From: the human T2T-CHM13v2.0 reference genome, Homo sapiens
Strand: one strand, 5' to 3'
NCBI RefSeq assembly: GCF_009914755.1
Contig: NC_060930.1
Length of the DNA stretch: 64,000 nucleotides
A program made the translations under genes and the position numbers. The notes under the pieces were generated by a model. The model did not search any database. It was not told the origin of the DNA and saw nothing but the letters and a program-made list of their open reading frames with translations. Positions 63,884-64,000 of this stretch are shown here, piece by piece. Each line of letters begins with the position of its first letter. The stretch's first letter is position 1.

Positions 63884-64000
63884 ATGGTGGGTGCCCCTCC
63901 CCCAGCCTCGCTGCCGCCTTGCAGTTTGATCTCAGACTGCTGTGCTAGCAGTCAGGGAGACTCTGTGGGCCTAGGACCCTCCGAGCCAGGTGCGGGACAT
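63884..64000 (+). CDS. L1 ORF0 (antisense), 5' part; runs off window
   Basis: GCAATGG context; MVGAPPPASLPPCSLISDCCASSQGDSVGLGPSEPGAGH open for 39 codons to window end. Confidence 0.75.
   Translation, partial: MVGAPPPASLPPCSLISDCCASSQGDSVGLGPSEPGAGH

Overview
Primate (human-like) genomic DNA, very rich in repeats, with no recognisable host protein-coding exon. It contains several L1 generations: a near full-length L1PA2/3-like copy with intact ORF1, broken ORF2 and an open ORF0 start; an older L1PA 5' end; two twin-primed inverted L1s; two convergent L1PB 5' halves; and old L1M copies. It also holds a pol-deleted class I (HERV-W/ERV9/HUERS-P-like) provirus with two LTRs, TSD, PBS-Pro, an intron-bounded pre-gag ORF, gag and env remnants, plus solo LTRs (MER4-, MER11-, LTR26/MER50-like, MaLR/MLT), about a dozen Alus, DNA-transposon fossils and a U4 snRNA retropseudogene. 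I found no convincing new biological system. The best leads are the ERV pre-gag ORF, the presence/absence of the ZNF93-site segment in two L1 5'UTRs, the fused convergent L1PB pair, the variant U4 3' end and an unexplained ~130-bp direct repeat. Subfamily names are recognised by eye, not from a database search, and boundaries of old repeats are approximate.
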